DNA of 63,937 bases, counting the filler, from Collodictyon triciliatum (taxonomy: Eukaryota), in NCBI GenBank assembly GCA_043381765.1. It is 6 parts of 6 records of this genome, joined end to end, with 100 filler letters (N's around TTAATTAATTAA, not from the genome) between each part and the next. Parts side by side here need not be neighbours in the genome. Positions count along the whole stretch, not along the records: positions 1 to 13,682 come from JBHJMP010001944.1; positions 13,783 to 27,453 come from JBHJMP010001945.1; positions 27,554 to 41,219 come from JBHJMP010001946.1; 3 more parts are not named here. The stretch is one strand, 5' to 3'. The notes under the pieces are model-generated. The model made no database searches and was not told the origin of the DNA. It saw only the letters and a list, made by a program, of their open reading frames with translations. Below, piece by piece: positions 10,572-33,857 of the stretch. The position numbers and the translations under genes were made by a program. Positions within the stretch are counted from its first letter, which is position 1. Each line of letters opens with the position of its first letter.

Positions 10572-13499
10572 TCAGCTGGGGACAGAGGTTTTATGGGGGT
10601 TTGCGCTATCAGTGTACTGCACTTCTAGAGCAGTCAAATGCTGCGCTATTCTAATGGAGTTGCGCTGCATCTTTTAGGGCAATACATTAAGTATAGTGAG
10701 CAAGAATCGGCAGATTTACAAATGCAAGAATATCCAGACATATCGAAAGATCTTCTGATATCCACTACTCGACAGATAATAATAGCAGCAATAATACAAA
10801 TGATTACATCAATTGTTAGAATAGCTGTGCATCCAGATAACTCCACAAACCTGCTTCTGTGATTTTTTCATATCAAATATCATCTTCTGTCGAACTCCAT
10901 TTTCCTCTTCTGACAGCGCCAACGAAACTTTAGTCTTTATCAAGGTTTGTAACAAATCATCACGCTCTGCTTTCGCTTCATTCAACTCTCTCTCCAGTTC
11001 ACGGCAGCGTATGCGGCTTCCATCGAGAGATTTCTTCGTATCTACCAGCTGTTGCTTGGCTTTTTCCAGCTCTGAGGAGATATCTGAATTTCCATCATTC
11101 AAAACAGTGTCCAGCGACAAGTCACTTCCACTGCGCGCGGCAGTTGCTCCACCTCGAGAAGGCTTTCGAGAGTGTCCATAGACTAGCTTTCGTCCAACGG
11201 AGGCCGGATCGGCTGGAGGTGAAGGAGGCTCGGGTTGTTCATGCTGGGGAACATTCAGGCTACTGCGATTCGAAATTGGAGGTGACGAAGGAGAGGCCGG
11301 GACAGAAGAGGGCTGCTGTATCTTGGAAAGAGCTTCCTTTTCTTCTTCGAGTTTTGCTATTTGCGAGCTCATTTCAGCTGTTTGTGCACGCAATGAATCC
11401 ACTTGGTCACGAAGCTGCATATTTTCTCGCATGATATCTCCGATATTGGATACAACAGAATCGCCACTTCCCTGAGCAGTTTAGGATTCAATTCAGTAAT
11501 CATATCCCTGTGAAACTATTAAATCCAAAATTCGGGCGAGATAGGAGATATTAGGAAAAAAAAACCTTTGCAATTCTTTGATAAATGTGTTGATTTTCTT
11601 TCTTAAGCTGGGCAATCTGGTCCTTGAGTCCTTTGATTTCCAGTTCGTGCGCCTTCTTAAGTTCTTGAACAGAGTTCAGCTTTGTGGTTGAATGGAAAAA
11701 AAATATTTTTTTTTTGAAAAAAAGGTAAAAGTTAGATGATGAAGATGGACTTTGAGAGGATGAAATTAAAATGAACCTCTGATTAGTTGAATCATCTCAT
11801 GACTTACCTCATCCCTTTTTGCATTTTGATTAGCGCCATAATCCGACAAGAGGCCTCTTCCAGTCCCGAATGATGTGACTGGAGAGAAAAGACAAAATTA
11901 ATCATCTAAAGGAGCCTTCAAAATTCACCTCAAATTCAATATGTGGTTATATCATTTTTTTCTTTTTTTACAAGAACAATCAAAATAACGAAAGCATGTC
12001 GTGGGTTTGAGGTGAAAGATATTTGATAATTTGATGGATAAAGACTTGAAAACGATGTTCTTCTTTGCTCTCGAATCGGCCCTGGGCTAAGAAGGTCTTG
12101 GTCATCTGGCGTACTTTGAATATGAAAAATATCGTTAAGTGGGACTAACCAGCAGAAAAATGTATGTGAAAGAAACAGATAAGATGTTATAGACCAATGT
12201 TATTAACTTGCTTTCCTGTGATTTGTATTTCAAAGAAAGAGGTTATCTTACCTCGTCGCTGGCCGTGCGTTTTCTGCGTCCTACAAAAATTGTGATGTAG
12301 AAGTTAGACCTGTATTTATGTAGATTGAAAGTTATAAATATTTTTAAAAACCTACCTTTGGTGTCTCTTTTCTTGGTGCTGTTTTTCCCTCCCTCACTAT
12401 TCCCATGCTCATCCGCAGTTTTTTATCTGCCTGTATTGTATTGGAGAATAAAACCATATACAATTATATGAAAAGGAAATGGTCATCACATGTACATATT
12501 AAACTGTTTATTAATATTTTGCTTTTAAAAAAAAAGGCATGTTTATTAAAATAATAATAAAAAAAGCGATGTACCTCTGGTGTCGATGATAGTTCAACCT
12601 GAAAATAATATAGAAAAATTAGAAAGATAGTAAAGGAATGCATGTTGAAGAAGATAACATCCAGTTGGTTCTTGTTTATTATCAGCAAGGATGAAACAAA
12701 CCGTTGGTAAAACAACAACAGCCTTGCCAGTCGCTTCTTTATCACAACCGCCATCGTTATCGGAATGTGTTTGACGCTCGGTCGATTCACTATCTGATCC
12801 CATGGTGATATGTGTGATGTCGCTCACTTCGCTGGCAGAGTCACTTCTGCATGTTTCGTGTCATTTTTCAGGTTCATAACATATGGTAGATTATGATATC
12901 ACTAAAGCGCATGAAAACATATCATACATATCTACAAATAAAAATAAAGCTTGGTTTCATAATTGATCGATTACCCATCATCTGAATTGGCTATAAAGCT
13001 GGCTTTAATTACCATCTGTGAAGATATTTTTCTTATAAGATTCAGAATATTGGTGTAGACCATAAAATTCACATGGACGTGTATTCAATCTTCATGTGTC
13101 AAATATATTGTCTTTTAGATATGTTGAAAGAAAAGCATAAAATTTAACCCGCATCATGTGGCTGTTCTTTGATTTTGATTTCCCTTCTAATAAGACGTTC
13201 ACATCCTGTGCATTTCCTTCATTATTGCAATAGTCAGCCAAGTCGATGGTGGCAGTCGCAATTTTTTTGTATCCGGTTTTCCCTGACGCCTATTCATGGG
13301 GATACGAAGGGACAAAGTATTTTGGTTGGTGTGCTTCAGGACGCGTTGATACAGATGAGTGTATTATTTATTTAGATACCTGCTTGAGTGATATACGTGC
13401 TTCTTTGGAGGAGAACTTCATTTGCCGAGTGTCTTTGTACAGAGAGGACATTATCGTGAGACTTTCGTTCCAGCTCCCTTTGTTGCCAGCAGGCATGAC
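10572..13499 (-). CDS. NT-C2 (EEIG1/EHBP1-type C2) domain plus coiled-coil protein, 5'-truncated at contig join
   Basis: Spliced exons give 'GSWNESLTIMSSLYKDTRQMKFSSKEARISLKQ' and 'YKKIATATIDLADYC', typical of NT-C2; long heptad coiled-coil exon ~10850-11470; last exon 10572-10670 ends in TGA. Confidence 0.7.
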
Positions 13500-13561
13500 C
13501 TAAGTAAAAAAAATAGAACAAATTAGAACAAAACAGAACAAAAGCAAAATAAAAAAGAGAG

Positions 13562-13682
13562 AAAGGACAAAAGGACAAAAGGACAAAAGGACAAAAGGAC
13601 AAAAGGACAAAAGGACAAAAGGACAAAAGGACAAAAGGACAAAAGGACAAAAGGACAAAAGGACAAAAGGACAAAAGGACAA
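13562..13682. repeat. (AAAAGGAC)n octamer repeat at contig end
   Basis: Visible tandem repeat. Confidence 0.95.
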
Positions 13683-13782
13683 NNNNNNNNNNNNNNNNNN
13701 NNNNNNNNNNNNNNNNNNNNNNNNNNTTAATTAATTAANNNNNNNNNNNNNNNNNNNNNNNNNNNNNNNNNNNNNNNNNNNN
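13683..13782. other. Artificial 100-bp contig spacer (44N-TTAATTAATTAA-44N)
   Basis: Identical cassette occurs five times; the linker places stop codons in all six frames. Confidence 0.97.
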
Positions 13783-14020
13783 AAAAGAAAACAAAAGAAA
13801 ACAAAAGAAAACAAAAGAAAACAAAAGAAAACAAAAGAAAACAAAAGAAAACAAAAGAAAACAAAAGAAAACAAAAGAAAAGCAAAAAAGCAAAAAAGCA
13901 AAAAAGCAAAAAAGCAAAAAAGCAAAAAAGCAAAAAAGCAAAAAAGCAAAAAAGCAAAAAAAGGAAAAAAAAGGAAAAAAAGGAAAAAAAGGAAAAAAAA
14001 AGAAAAAAAAAAAGAAAAAC
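13783..14020. repeat. Compound A-rich repeats (AAAAGAAAAC)n / (AAAAAAGC)n
   Basis: Visible tandem repeats at contig start. Confidence 0.9.
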
Positions 14021-14266
14021 ACCCGCAAGAGAGCAAAGAGTAACGAGATCCTCAGACTGTTCTTTGATCGTGTTTGACAGATAGCAGCGATCAGTAAACG
14101 AAGAATTTTTCTTACAATTTGCTTTGGTGTGGTTGTGTCGCCCGGTACAAAGAAAGGTCAACGAAGATTAAAGGATATTTTTTTATAAGATATATTATGA
14201 CAATTAGTCATGCCTGTCATCAAGAAGGCTCGCTCCTGGATAAATAAAACCATCACCATAGCTTGG

Positions 14267-15247
14267 CTATCTTTCTTCCTTCTTCCTCTCACATGCAAAA
14301 AGTCTCCAAGATTCTCTTAGAATCCCAACTGAATGAGGCGGGCGAGGCGGCAAAAGGACGCTATGGTTCCCCTAAAAGCATATAACACCAGCAGATTTAT
14401 TACGGCGGGATGAAAAATAATAAAAAATTAATTAATTAATACTATGGCAGTACGTAGTTGTATTTTAGTATCGTCCTGATGGATATTTATCTAACGAATA
14501 GTTAGTTTATAAGCAACAATTAAGTGCGATGCATAAACTAAAGTCGAAGATATAAGCCCAATTACAAAACCTTTGGATGAGATCTGACCATATTGTAGCC
14601 CGATTAATTTTTCTCTATGTTACCATATCTGAAGCATATCTGTACATATTTACCAATACACTGACATGCTAATATATCATTCGTTTCTTTCTTTTAAATA
14701 TCCAATAAACTTATGAATAGTCCTTCTTTTTACATAACTCACTATTAATAGTGCTCATCAAGTAACTAAGAATAATTTGCTTCCATATGACTGAATAAGC
14801 TTCTTGCAAACTATTTTTGACTGCCGAACCCGAATTACTCGATTAACGATTTCAACAAATATGTTGAACACTCTCCCAACAATCCCGCCAATCCTATACA
14901 GCATATGCGAAATCATTTGCGTTTTCTTGAAAAGGAAGAATAAAACCACTCGTTTCGAACGAAGAAAATATTAACAAACAAAGAAATAAGAGTGATAATG
15001 AGGCACAATGTTAAAGATATACATTTCCTAAAATTCCTAAAAGATCATGATTTCACCAAACAAAATATTATTACATACCAGCGAAGTGGGCTTAAGATAC
15101 ATTTACCAAGATTTTACGGCAATCAAATGCAAACAAGTTCAGGTATAATTATTTTTTATTCTAAAAAATCTTTGCTGTTGAGCTCGTCTCCACAATATTT
15201 CATTCAACCACCTAGCAAGCAGGTTCAGGTATGACTCCCAGTTACTC
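14267..15247 (-). CDS. Unidentified multi-exon fragment (3' part of an unknown gene, or distal THOC2 exons)
   Basis: AG/GT-bounded blocks reading SNWESYLNLLARWLNEILWRRAQQ, KTQMISHMLYRIGGIVGRVFNIFVEIVNR, GNHSVLLPPRPPHSVGILRESWRLFACERKKEER*. Confidence 0.25.
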
Positions 15248-15721
15248 TAAAAAAGAAAAAGAAAAAAAAAGCGACATATAAATATCAGCAACAGAGACTA
15301 CTTCAATAAAAACGGGTATCAAGATGCCCCAATGAATAACCCATTCACAGATAGTCAAAAATAATTCTTACACTTATAAATCATTACAGTCAGTGCGGAA
15401 ATTACCGTCTTTAATAACTTTGGGTTTATTGGTTTGGAAAAGAAAAAAATAATCATTTTATTTCTCATAAATCCTGATCTGACACTCCTTTCTTGCCTTT
15501 GGTATTAATAATGCCCATATAATCTGGCAATACAAAATATAAAAACAATAAACCACTAATATTGTATATGATTGCGCCCAAGCAGAAATGTAGGGGAAAG
15601 AAACCAAAAAATAAAGATAAATGATGATTACTAAGCCGTTCCAGCATTATACAATGAAGGGCAACATTCAACGGACATATTTTTTGACAGAGAAATACAT
15701 CGCCATTTATTTTTGTATGCG

Positions 15722-15934
15722 AAAACAAAAAGAAAGAAAAAGAAAGAAAAAGAAAGAAAAAGAAAGAAAAAGAAAGAAAAAGAAAGAAAAAGAAAGAGAA
15801 AAAAGAAAGAGAAAAAAGAAAGAGAAAAAAGAAAGAGAAAAAAGAAAGAGAAAAAAGAAAGAGAAAAAAGAAAGAGAAAAAAGAAAGAGAAAAAAGAAAG
15901 AGAAAAAAGAAAGAGAAAAAAGAAAGAGAAAAAA
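15722..15934. repeat. Purine-rich A/G tandem repeat flanking a scaffold gap
   Basis: Visible tandem repeat. Confidence 0.9.
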
Positions 15935-16441
15935 NNNNNNNNNNNNNNNNNNNNNNNNNNNNNNNNNNNNNNNNNNNNNNNNNNNNNNNNNNNNNNNNNN
16001 NNNNNNNNNNNNNNNNNNNNNNNNNNNNNNNNNNNNNNNNNNNNNNNNNNNNNNNNNNNNNNNNNNNNNNNNNNNNNNNNNNNNNNNNNNNNNNNNNNNN
16101 NNNNNNNNNNNNNNNNNNNNNNNNNNNNNNNNNNNNNNNNNNNNNNNNNNNNNNNNNNNNNNNNNNNNNNNNNNNNNNNNNNNNNNNNNNNNNNNNNNNN
16201 NNNNNNNNNNNNNNNNNNNNNNNNNNNNNNNNNNNNNNNNNNNNNNNNNNNNNNNNNNNNNNNNNNNNNNNNNNNNNNNNNNNNNNNNNNNNNNNNNNNN
16301 NNNNNNNNNNNNNNNNNNNNNNNNNNNNNNNNNNNNNNNNNNNNNNNNNNNNNNNNNNNNNNNNNNNNNNNNNNNNNNNNNNNNNNNNNNNNNNNNNNNN
16401 NNNNNNNNNNNNNNNNNNNNNNNNNNNNNNAAAAAAAATAC

Positions 16442-27284
<10,843 letters not shown>

Positions 27285-27350
27285 CTGGATATAAACACGC
27301 AATTAATTTCAATTTACAACAAGCATTACTGCATGTATAAAATCCAAGGG

Positions 27351-27451
27351 GAGAGAAAGAGAGAAAGAGAGAAAGAGAGAAAGAGAGAAAGAGAGAAAGA
27401 GAGAAAGAGAGAAAGAGAGAAAGAGAGAAAGAGAGAAAGAGAGAAAGAGAG
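27351..27451. repeat. (GAGAGAAAGA)n repeat at contig end
   Basis: Visible tandem repeat. Confidence 0.9.
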
Positions 27452-27453
27452 TA

Positions 27454-27553
27454 NNNNNNNNNNNNNNNNNNNNNNNNNNNNNNNNNNNNNNNNNNNNTTA
27501 ATTAATTAANNNNNNNNNNNNNNNNNNNNNNNNNNNNNNNNNNNNNNNNNNNN
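27454..27553. other. Artificial 100-bp contig spacer
   Basis: 44N-TTAATTAATTAA-44N. Confidence 0.97.
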
Positions 27554-28125
27554 GGTTGGGCTGGTTGAGTTGGTTGGGCTGGTTGAGTTGGTTGAGCTGG
27601 TTGAGTTGGTTGAGCTGGTTGAGCTGGTTGAGCTGGTTGAGTTGGTTGAGTTGGTTGAGTTGGTTGAGCTGGTTGAGCTGGTTGAGTTGGTTGAGTTGGT
27701 TGAGCTGGTTGAGTTGGTTGAGTTGGTTGAGCTGGTTGAGCTGGCTGAGCTGGTTGAGCTGGTTGAGCTGGTTGAGTTGGTTGAGCTGGTTGAGTTGGTT
27801 GAGTTGGATGGGTTGGTTGGCCTGGCTGAGCTCGTTTTTGATATATCAGCTTTTGATGTTTTGGTTGTTGAGCTGGTTGAGCTGGTTGAGCTGGTTGGCC
27901 TGGCTGAGCTCGCTGTTGATATTTCGGCTTTTGATGTTTTGGTTGTTGAGCTGGTTGAGCTGGTTGAGCTGGTTGAGTTGGTTGAGTTGGTTGAGCTAGT
28001 TGAGCTGGTTGAGCTGGCTGAGCTAGTTGAGCTGGTTGAGCTAGTTGAGCTGGTTGGATTGGTTGGATTGGTTGGATTGGTTGGATTGGTTGGATTGGTT
28101 GGATTGGTTGGATTGGTTGGATTGG
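27554..28125 (-). repeat. Coding 9-nt minisatellite (QPA/QPT/QPI tripeptides) containing a duplicated ~75-nt unit
   Basis: GGTTGAGCT/GGTTGAGTT/GGTTGGATT units on the plus strand; QQPKHQKxxYQxRAQPGQP occurs twice. Confidence 0.9.
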
Positions 28126-31100
28126 GCGAGCGGTTTGAAGTACGAGTTCACTTCGTTTTGAGGATGCATCCAATTTAGATATGAATCCAGGTGTGTCAGG
28201 AGCAAATTTGCTGACGGCTGTGTAGAATCCAGCTTTTAGTCGCAATTCTGCTGACCAGAGACACGGAACCATCTCAAGTCTCTGAATATAATAATGGGAG
28301 GCTGTGCATGGTTTTGAATACAAATTTTGTTGGTGTCGGGCAAAGGAGTCTCCCATATTACTCAAAACTAAGTCTCTAAAGTCTTGAAACAATTGCCTGA
28401 AATTTTTCTGACTAGTGTTACAAGGGTACCGATTAAAAAAAGTACTCAGACTGAAGAAATCGTTTGAGGTTGTCTCCTCGAAAAATGAAATCCATTCGTC
28501 TTGAAACTCAACAGATAGTCTGGAATATTTTTCGGTTAGTCATAGGATGTAAATAACTTTCTAAGATTTAAAGACAAGTTTAAAATTAGCATACATGGTA
28601 AGAAATAGATTGGTCTCATAAAGGTATTGCTGATATAATGACTCTGCTCCCCCTGGGATGCCAAACAGCTAATCATAGTATTAGTTAATTCACGAAGCCA
28701 CACCAAATTATCAACTGTTTCATTTAAAACGCTCTTTACAAACACCTTAAATCACACCATTTTATCCTATGCATCCGAATAAGATCCCATATTTAACGAC
28801 AAAACGTATAGACGAATTTACCGCATTCATGTCCATCATTTGATTCAAACTCTCGTTGTATATTGATGTTAATTCGATGGATCTTAGTGTCAAGGAAGGC
28901 CATTGACGCCTGAACCGACCTGTATCAAAAACAGAAACAGAAACAGAAACAGAAACAGAAACAGAAACAGAAACAGAAACAGAAACAGAAACAGAAACAG
29001 AAACAGAAACAGAAACAGAAACAGAAACAGAAACAGAAACAGTTGCGGTAATAATTATGGTTTTCATTGTATCATTGGCACGGTTCAAATTAGGCTTATT
29101 TAGCATCTGCATCATATATAAAGTAGTACAAACGTACCTGCAAGTTCAAAATGAAGAAGAAAGGTGGAAAACAGAAGTAAATCGAATTCAAGTCTTGAAA
29201 AAGCAAAGCTCTTATAATTTGTCGCCATCCATCGCAGTACCAAAGCAGGGATGATAAACTAGTCCACGCATGCAGTTATGAATGTAAATGAAAATAAATG
29301 GTTTATTTTATGGCAGAAATTTGCAACGCTTTCAATACTCACCGTGCTTCTCTGGTGAAAAAACTATATATTGATAAACAACCAAAACTAACTTTCCCGG
29401 GTATTTCATTTGCAAATCTTTCGCTATCAGTGGAGATAAGTCTCAACAAGCTTCGTATATTGCCTGTCGACCCAACTTGTATAGGAAGCGGGAATGAAAG
29501 TACTTGGCTTGATTCTAGGTCAAATGCTTGAATGAGTAATGTCATTATTATTTATTATTATTTATTATTATTTATTATTATTTATTATTATTTATTATTA
29601 TTTATTATTATTTATTATTGTTTATTATTATTTATTATTATTTATTCTTAGTTATTCTTAGTTATTCTTAGTTATTCTTAGTTATTATTAGTTATTATTA
29701 GTTATTATTAGTTATTATTAGTTATTATTAGTTATTATTAGTTATTATTAGTTATTCTTAGTTATTCTTAGTTATTCTTAGTTATTCTTATTTGTTATAT
29801 TTGTTATTATTTGTTATTATCACTATCATCGGTCCTGCACAAAGTTGAAAGGAAGAATAAAAAAAATCACTATAATTATCATTTTGCTTCTTCATAGTTT
29901 TCGTTTTTAAACTCGTGACATTCAGTATCATATTCTTATAAAAGAACACAACACACCTAATTCGTCTTTGCTGAGATCTACGTGATACACATAATTAAAT
30001 CTAGTAGTGTCATAGGAGTGTACCTTCAATCCTTTTACATTTTTGATTCATTTAGATCGCCTCATTCACTATAATTTAGAGAGAAAGTGCTTTTCCGAGA
30101 ATTATTCTAACATGGTTTGCTGTATAATTATATAAATACTTGGCTTATCCTTGCAACGGCCAAACCAACAGTCAAATACTAATTTTTGAAGACTCTCAGT
30201 CACTGGAAACGGTGGGCGTCGCATATCAATGAGAAAAATGCCATGATCTATTGTTTTGCTCGTAGTAACTTCCAAAAAACGTTTACTAACTAAAAGACCG
30301 TGGTACATATCCCAGTATCGCAACTAGAAGTACATGGATGGCAATTAGTAAGTTCAACATAGAATCGTGTCGAAACACAGTAGGAATGCATTTCTATAGA
30401 CTCTATTCCCTTCCTAAATTCGTTTCAAAAACGGATAAAATCGGATAAAACTTTATATCGTTAGATAATACCAACATCTGAATATTGTCCAGCTACTTCA
30501 AAAAAGGGTTTCATAGGATCGACGAAAGATGTAGGGTCGGGTCTAAGATATCCGTCAATAGCTGTTTGGATTTCGCCTATGACAGTGGAATTAAATTATG
30601 AGCATTTTTGTACAACAATTTCTGCCGATGTCAAAAGATTGTCGTAATGACACATTTGTACAAATTAAAATAAAAGAAGAATCAATTTACGTCGTAATTG
30701 AATGTTTCCTGATGGTACCAAATCATCAATTATCTGCAAATTAGTGGGTCAGCAGGCTGTTATCTGGTCAATATACCCAATTTTGATCAAATCGTACGTG
30801 ATAGGTGGACATAGCATTTCTCTTTTTCAAGTACTTGATCACCTCGGGAATCCTTTTCTTTGGGAAAAATTTTTTGCATATCCGTCTGTCAAGAATAGAT
30901 TGAGTATTACGTCATATGGACAACGATTTGAAGTGAGTATAATTGATTTGATGTTGCTTATCCATAGAACTTTTTTTTTTTACAATTCGTGCACCACATC
31001 ATAGAGCTGCTTTGTTGGGTCAAAGTAGTCATTCCCAACCAAAGCAGAGAACAAACACCAATGCTAATATTGCAGTATATAGTAATAGGAATATATCAGG

Positions 31101-33087
31101 CAAAGTCTAAATAAGTCGGCAAATATATCCATGTGCACACCGGTTGAGTTTACGATACAAAATATGTAGCAACTGTAAGATTTAAACATAGAACATACAT
31201 CAGGTGATACCCCCAAATCTATTGATGCGACCCCGCTATCATAGATATCAAGACTATGTACTTCAGGTCTGCCATAGGCATTAATCCTAATTGATGTTGG
31301 CAAAATCATATCTGGCAGGAGTAAAAAAAAAAAAAAATGAGCCTCTATTAGGATATTAAGGGTACAAGTTCAAAGCTCTTTAAGATTCAAGTATACTTTT
31401 GAAAATGAACATGTCTGTGTCTTTTGAGAGTATCCCGATGCAATCTAAATGGATCATTTGAAGTTATTAAATAAATAAGTGGTAAAAAAAAAAAGAAAGG
31501 GGTGATTTATCTTAGTAAATAGAGGCTGTTGTGTGAAAGTCTACTTCGAGTGCGTTGTGCATGAAATCCCATAGGACTATCACATTCCCCTTGTGTATGC
31601 CATACTTTGTGGCAAAATTGCTCTCTGAAAGAAAATTTTAAAATGAAAACCAGCAAAGATAGCCCATTTTGATTATTAAAAGATGAATCAAATCGACTAC
31701 GCAGTGCACAGGTAAGTTATCGCATCCTATTACCTGATGGACGGGCGCAAACCGAGGGAAAGCAAGTATTCTTTGGAACAGTTATCAAAATATACATTGT
31801 GGTGCCTGGCGTATTTGTAGAGAGCCCCGATAAAGCTTCCCTGGGTTTAATGAGCGGTTTGGTTATTTCTTTTGTTTCCATTTTTTGTTTCCATTTTTGT
31901 TTCCATTTTTCCTTGCCCTTTTTCTTTGATATAAGCGATGAGGTTAAAAAATATGAGCAATAGTATATGGTTTAAGAAAGGTAGCATGAACTAGAAGCAT
32001 CGCTTTCTTCTTTACACCCCCATTCTATCTCAACTATCCAATATTTTTGATAGGAGTTCTAATTATACCCCTTTTAGATGAAGAGTAAACGCTTTTCCTC
32101 TCTCTATTCGATTCAATGTGCAACAAGTTTATGCCATACAACTGGGCTAGATAGGTGCGTTGATGAAAACTAAGTACTACCTTTATCCCAGTAGGTCTTA
32201 TTTCAAGAGTTTTTAAAGTTGTATCCCCCGACCAATCCGAGCTTGGATATAGGGACCTCTGGACCATACTGTTTGCGTTTTGAAGATTTGTCCATCTATC
32301 CTTCTGCCTTTTTGCGCTAGTCTCGTCCTTTTCCTCGCCGCTAATTCCTATATTTACATGAAAAATTGAAGGTGTGATAAACTCATCCTCTGGTAGCTAT
32401 GGATTTGTATTAAGTTTCTTTGTCATCAATATACCATTTGTTCATTTTACAATATAATAGGCTCGTATTTGCTGTATACCATCAAAAAAAATTAATAACA
32501 GACCATCAAAAAAAATATGCAATTCGATGTTCCTCTCCTCAAATAAAAGCAACAGATCGTAGAGAACATACTCGAGCTGAAAAATATGTTTGGATATTGC
32601 GTTAAGAGAAATCACATATAAACATCGATATAACTATTTTAGCACGCAAAAAACTGAGTCTCATCCCATGAGCCGGAAGCTAAGAATTTTTTTTAAAAAA
32701 AAAAAAGTTATAATCCACAACATACATGAAGCGTGTCATATATCAGCGTGCTTGGGCTCATCGACGCCAGCGTATTTGTTAGATTAGCAGCATCCACAAC
32801 TATGACACCTTCCTCTGGAAATAGATTTGTTTTAGTTAAAAATATCACTTCTTGATGGCTACGTGCGAGAGAAGAAAATGAGAAAGAAAGAACCCAAATC
32901 ATCCTGTTTCTGTCACTCTTTCTTATCGTACACACGCGCTTCATGATCGCACATGATCTCTTCTCGCGTAAGCGCCAAACGTAGGATGAAAGTGCGTACC
33001 TTTCCCCCTCAGGTCGGGGCAAGGGATGGTTCGAAGCAGCGAAGGTCGGTGCGTGCAGAGGAAGGTATATAAGCCTTGGACACCCAT
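27554..33087 (-). CDS. Asteroid (ASTE1)/FAM120-like XPG/PIN-family protein with long QP(A/T/I) repeat tail; 3'-truncated
   Basis: Exon 1 MGVQGLYTFL...DLRGK; then VIVVDAANL, CIGILSKDTDMFIF, LFSALVGNDY (H3TH-like), all typical of the family; further AG/GT-bounded exons lead to the open frame 28520-27554. Confidence 0.75.
28928..29042. repeat. (AAACAG)n intronic microsatellite
   Basis: Visible tandem repeat. Confidence 0.95.
29544..29820. repeat. Compound 10-mer array (TTATTATTTA / TTATTCTTAG / TTATTATTAG), intronic
   Basis: Blocks of variant decamers. Confidence 0.9.
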
Positions 33088-33681
33088 TCTGTTGTAATAG
33101 AGGGAATGATCAACGTGCTCCCCTGTTTGTTTATTTTATTTTATTTTTTATCTTTTCTGTGTATATTCGAAGAAGAAACTCTTGTGCCTGGCGGGAAAAG
33201 ATGAGAGAGAAAGCGACGAAGCTAAAAGGAGAAAAAGACTAAGGAAAACAATTACTGAGGAAATAAAGATTATTCGGCCCAGCCCGCCTTCGCAATGTGT
33301 TTGCCTTTGAGAAGCAGAACGTGATTCTGTGTCAAGTGGGGGTGAACGAATCCAATGATGGGTATGACAACCCGTCGCGCGTCATTTTGCAAACCGTCCG
33401 CAATAACCAGTTGTAGAGTCCCTTCTATTCTCCGATTATCACCCATCTCGATTTCACAGAGGAAACTTGACAGGCGCCTGAATGAGGGAGGGAGGGAAGG
33501 AGAGAGAGAAAATGTGTGCGGTTTATGATGGTCGCCAGGGCGGGTGGATGCGCAACACGCGCGCTGGTTTTTGTGTGGCGGGTAGATGACATGCACACAG
33601 ATATTGTCAGAAGGCTGCCTCGGCTGGCCCAGATAGTGCGACGGATAAGCAGATGGTATGTTGTGGGGGCTGTCTGTGTTT

Positions 33682-33820
33682 TTATTGGCAGCGATTGAGA
33701 GTGACGGAATCGAAAACGGAGCCGAAGCGGTCAAGTGCCTCCAAATACAGCTCACAATCCTGTTGCAATGGGTGGTATTGATTTGCTATCAGAGTTGAAC
33801 GCGTTTGCTTGAATGTGGTG

Positions 33821-33857
<37 letters not shown>

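Noticed and set aside
14169..14179. ATATCCTTT as an AT-AC U12 donor on the minus strand
   Set aside because: Preceded by A/T-rich non-coding-looking sequence rather than an exon
27556..28178. Plus-strand ORFs (WLS)n and (VEL)n
   Set aside because: Antisense shadows of the 9-nt coding repeat; only the minus frame connects to unique coding sequence
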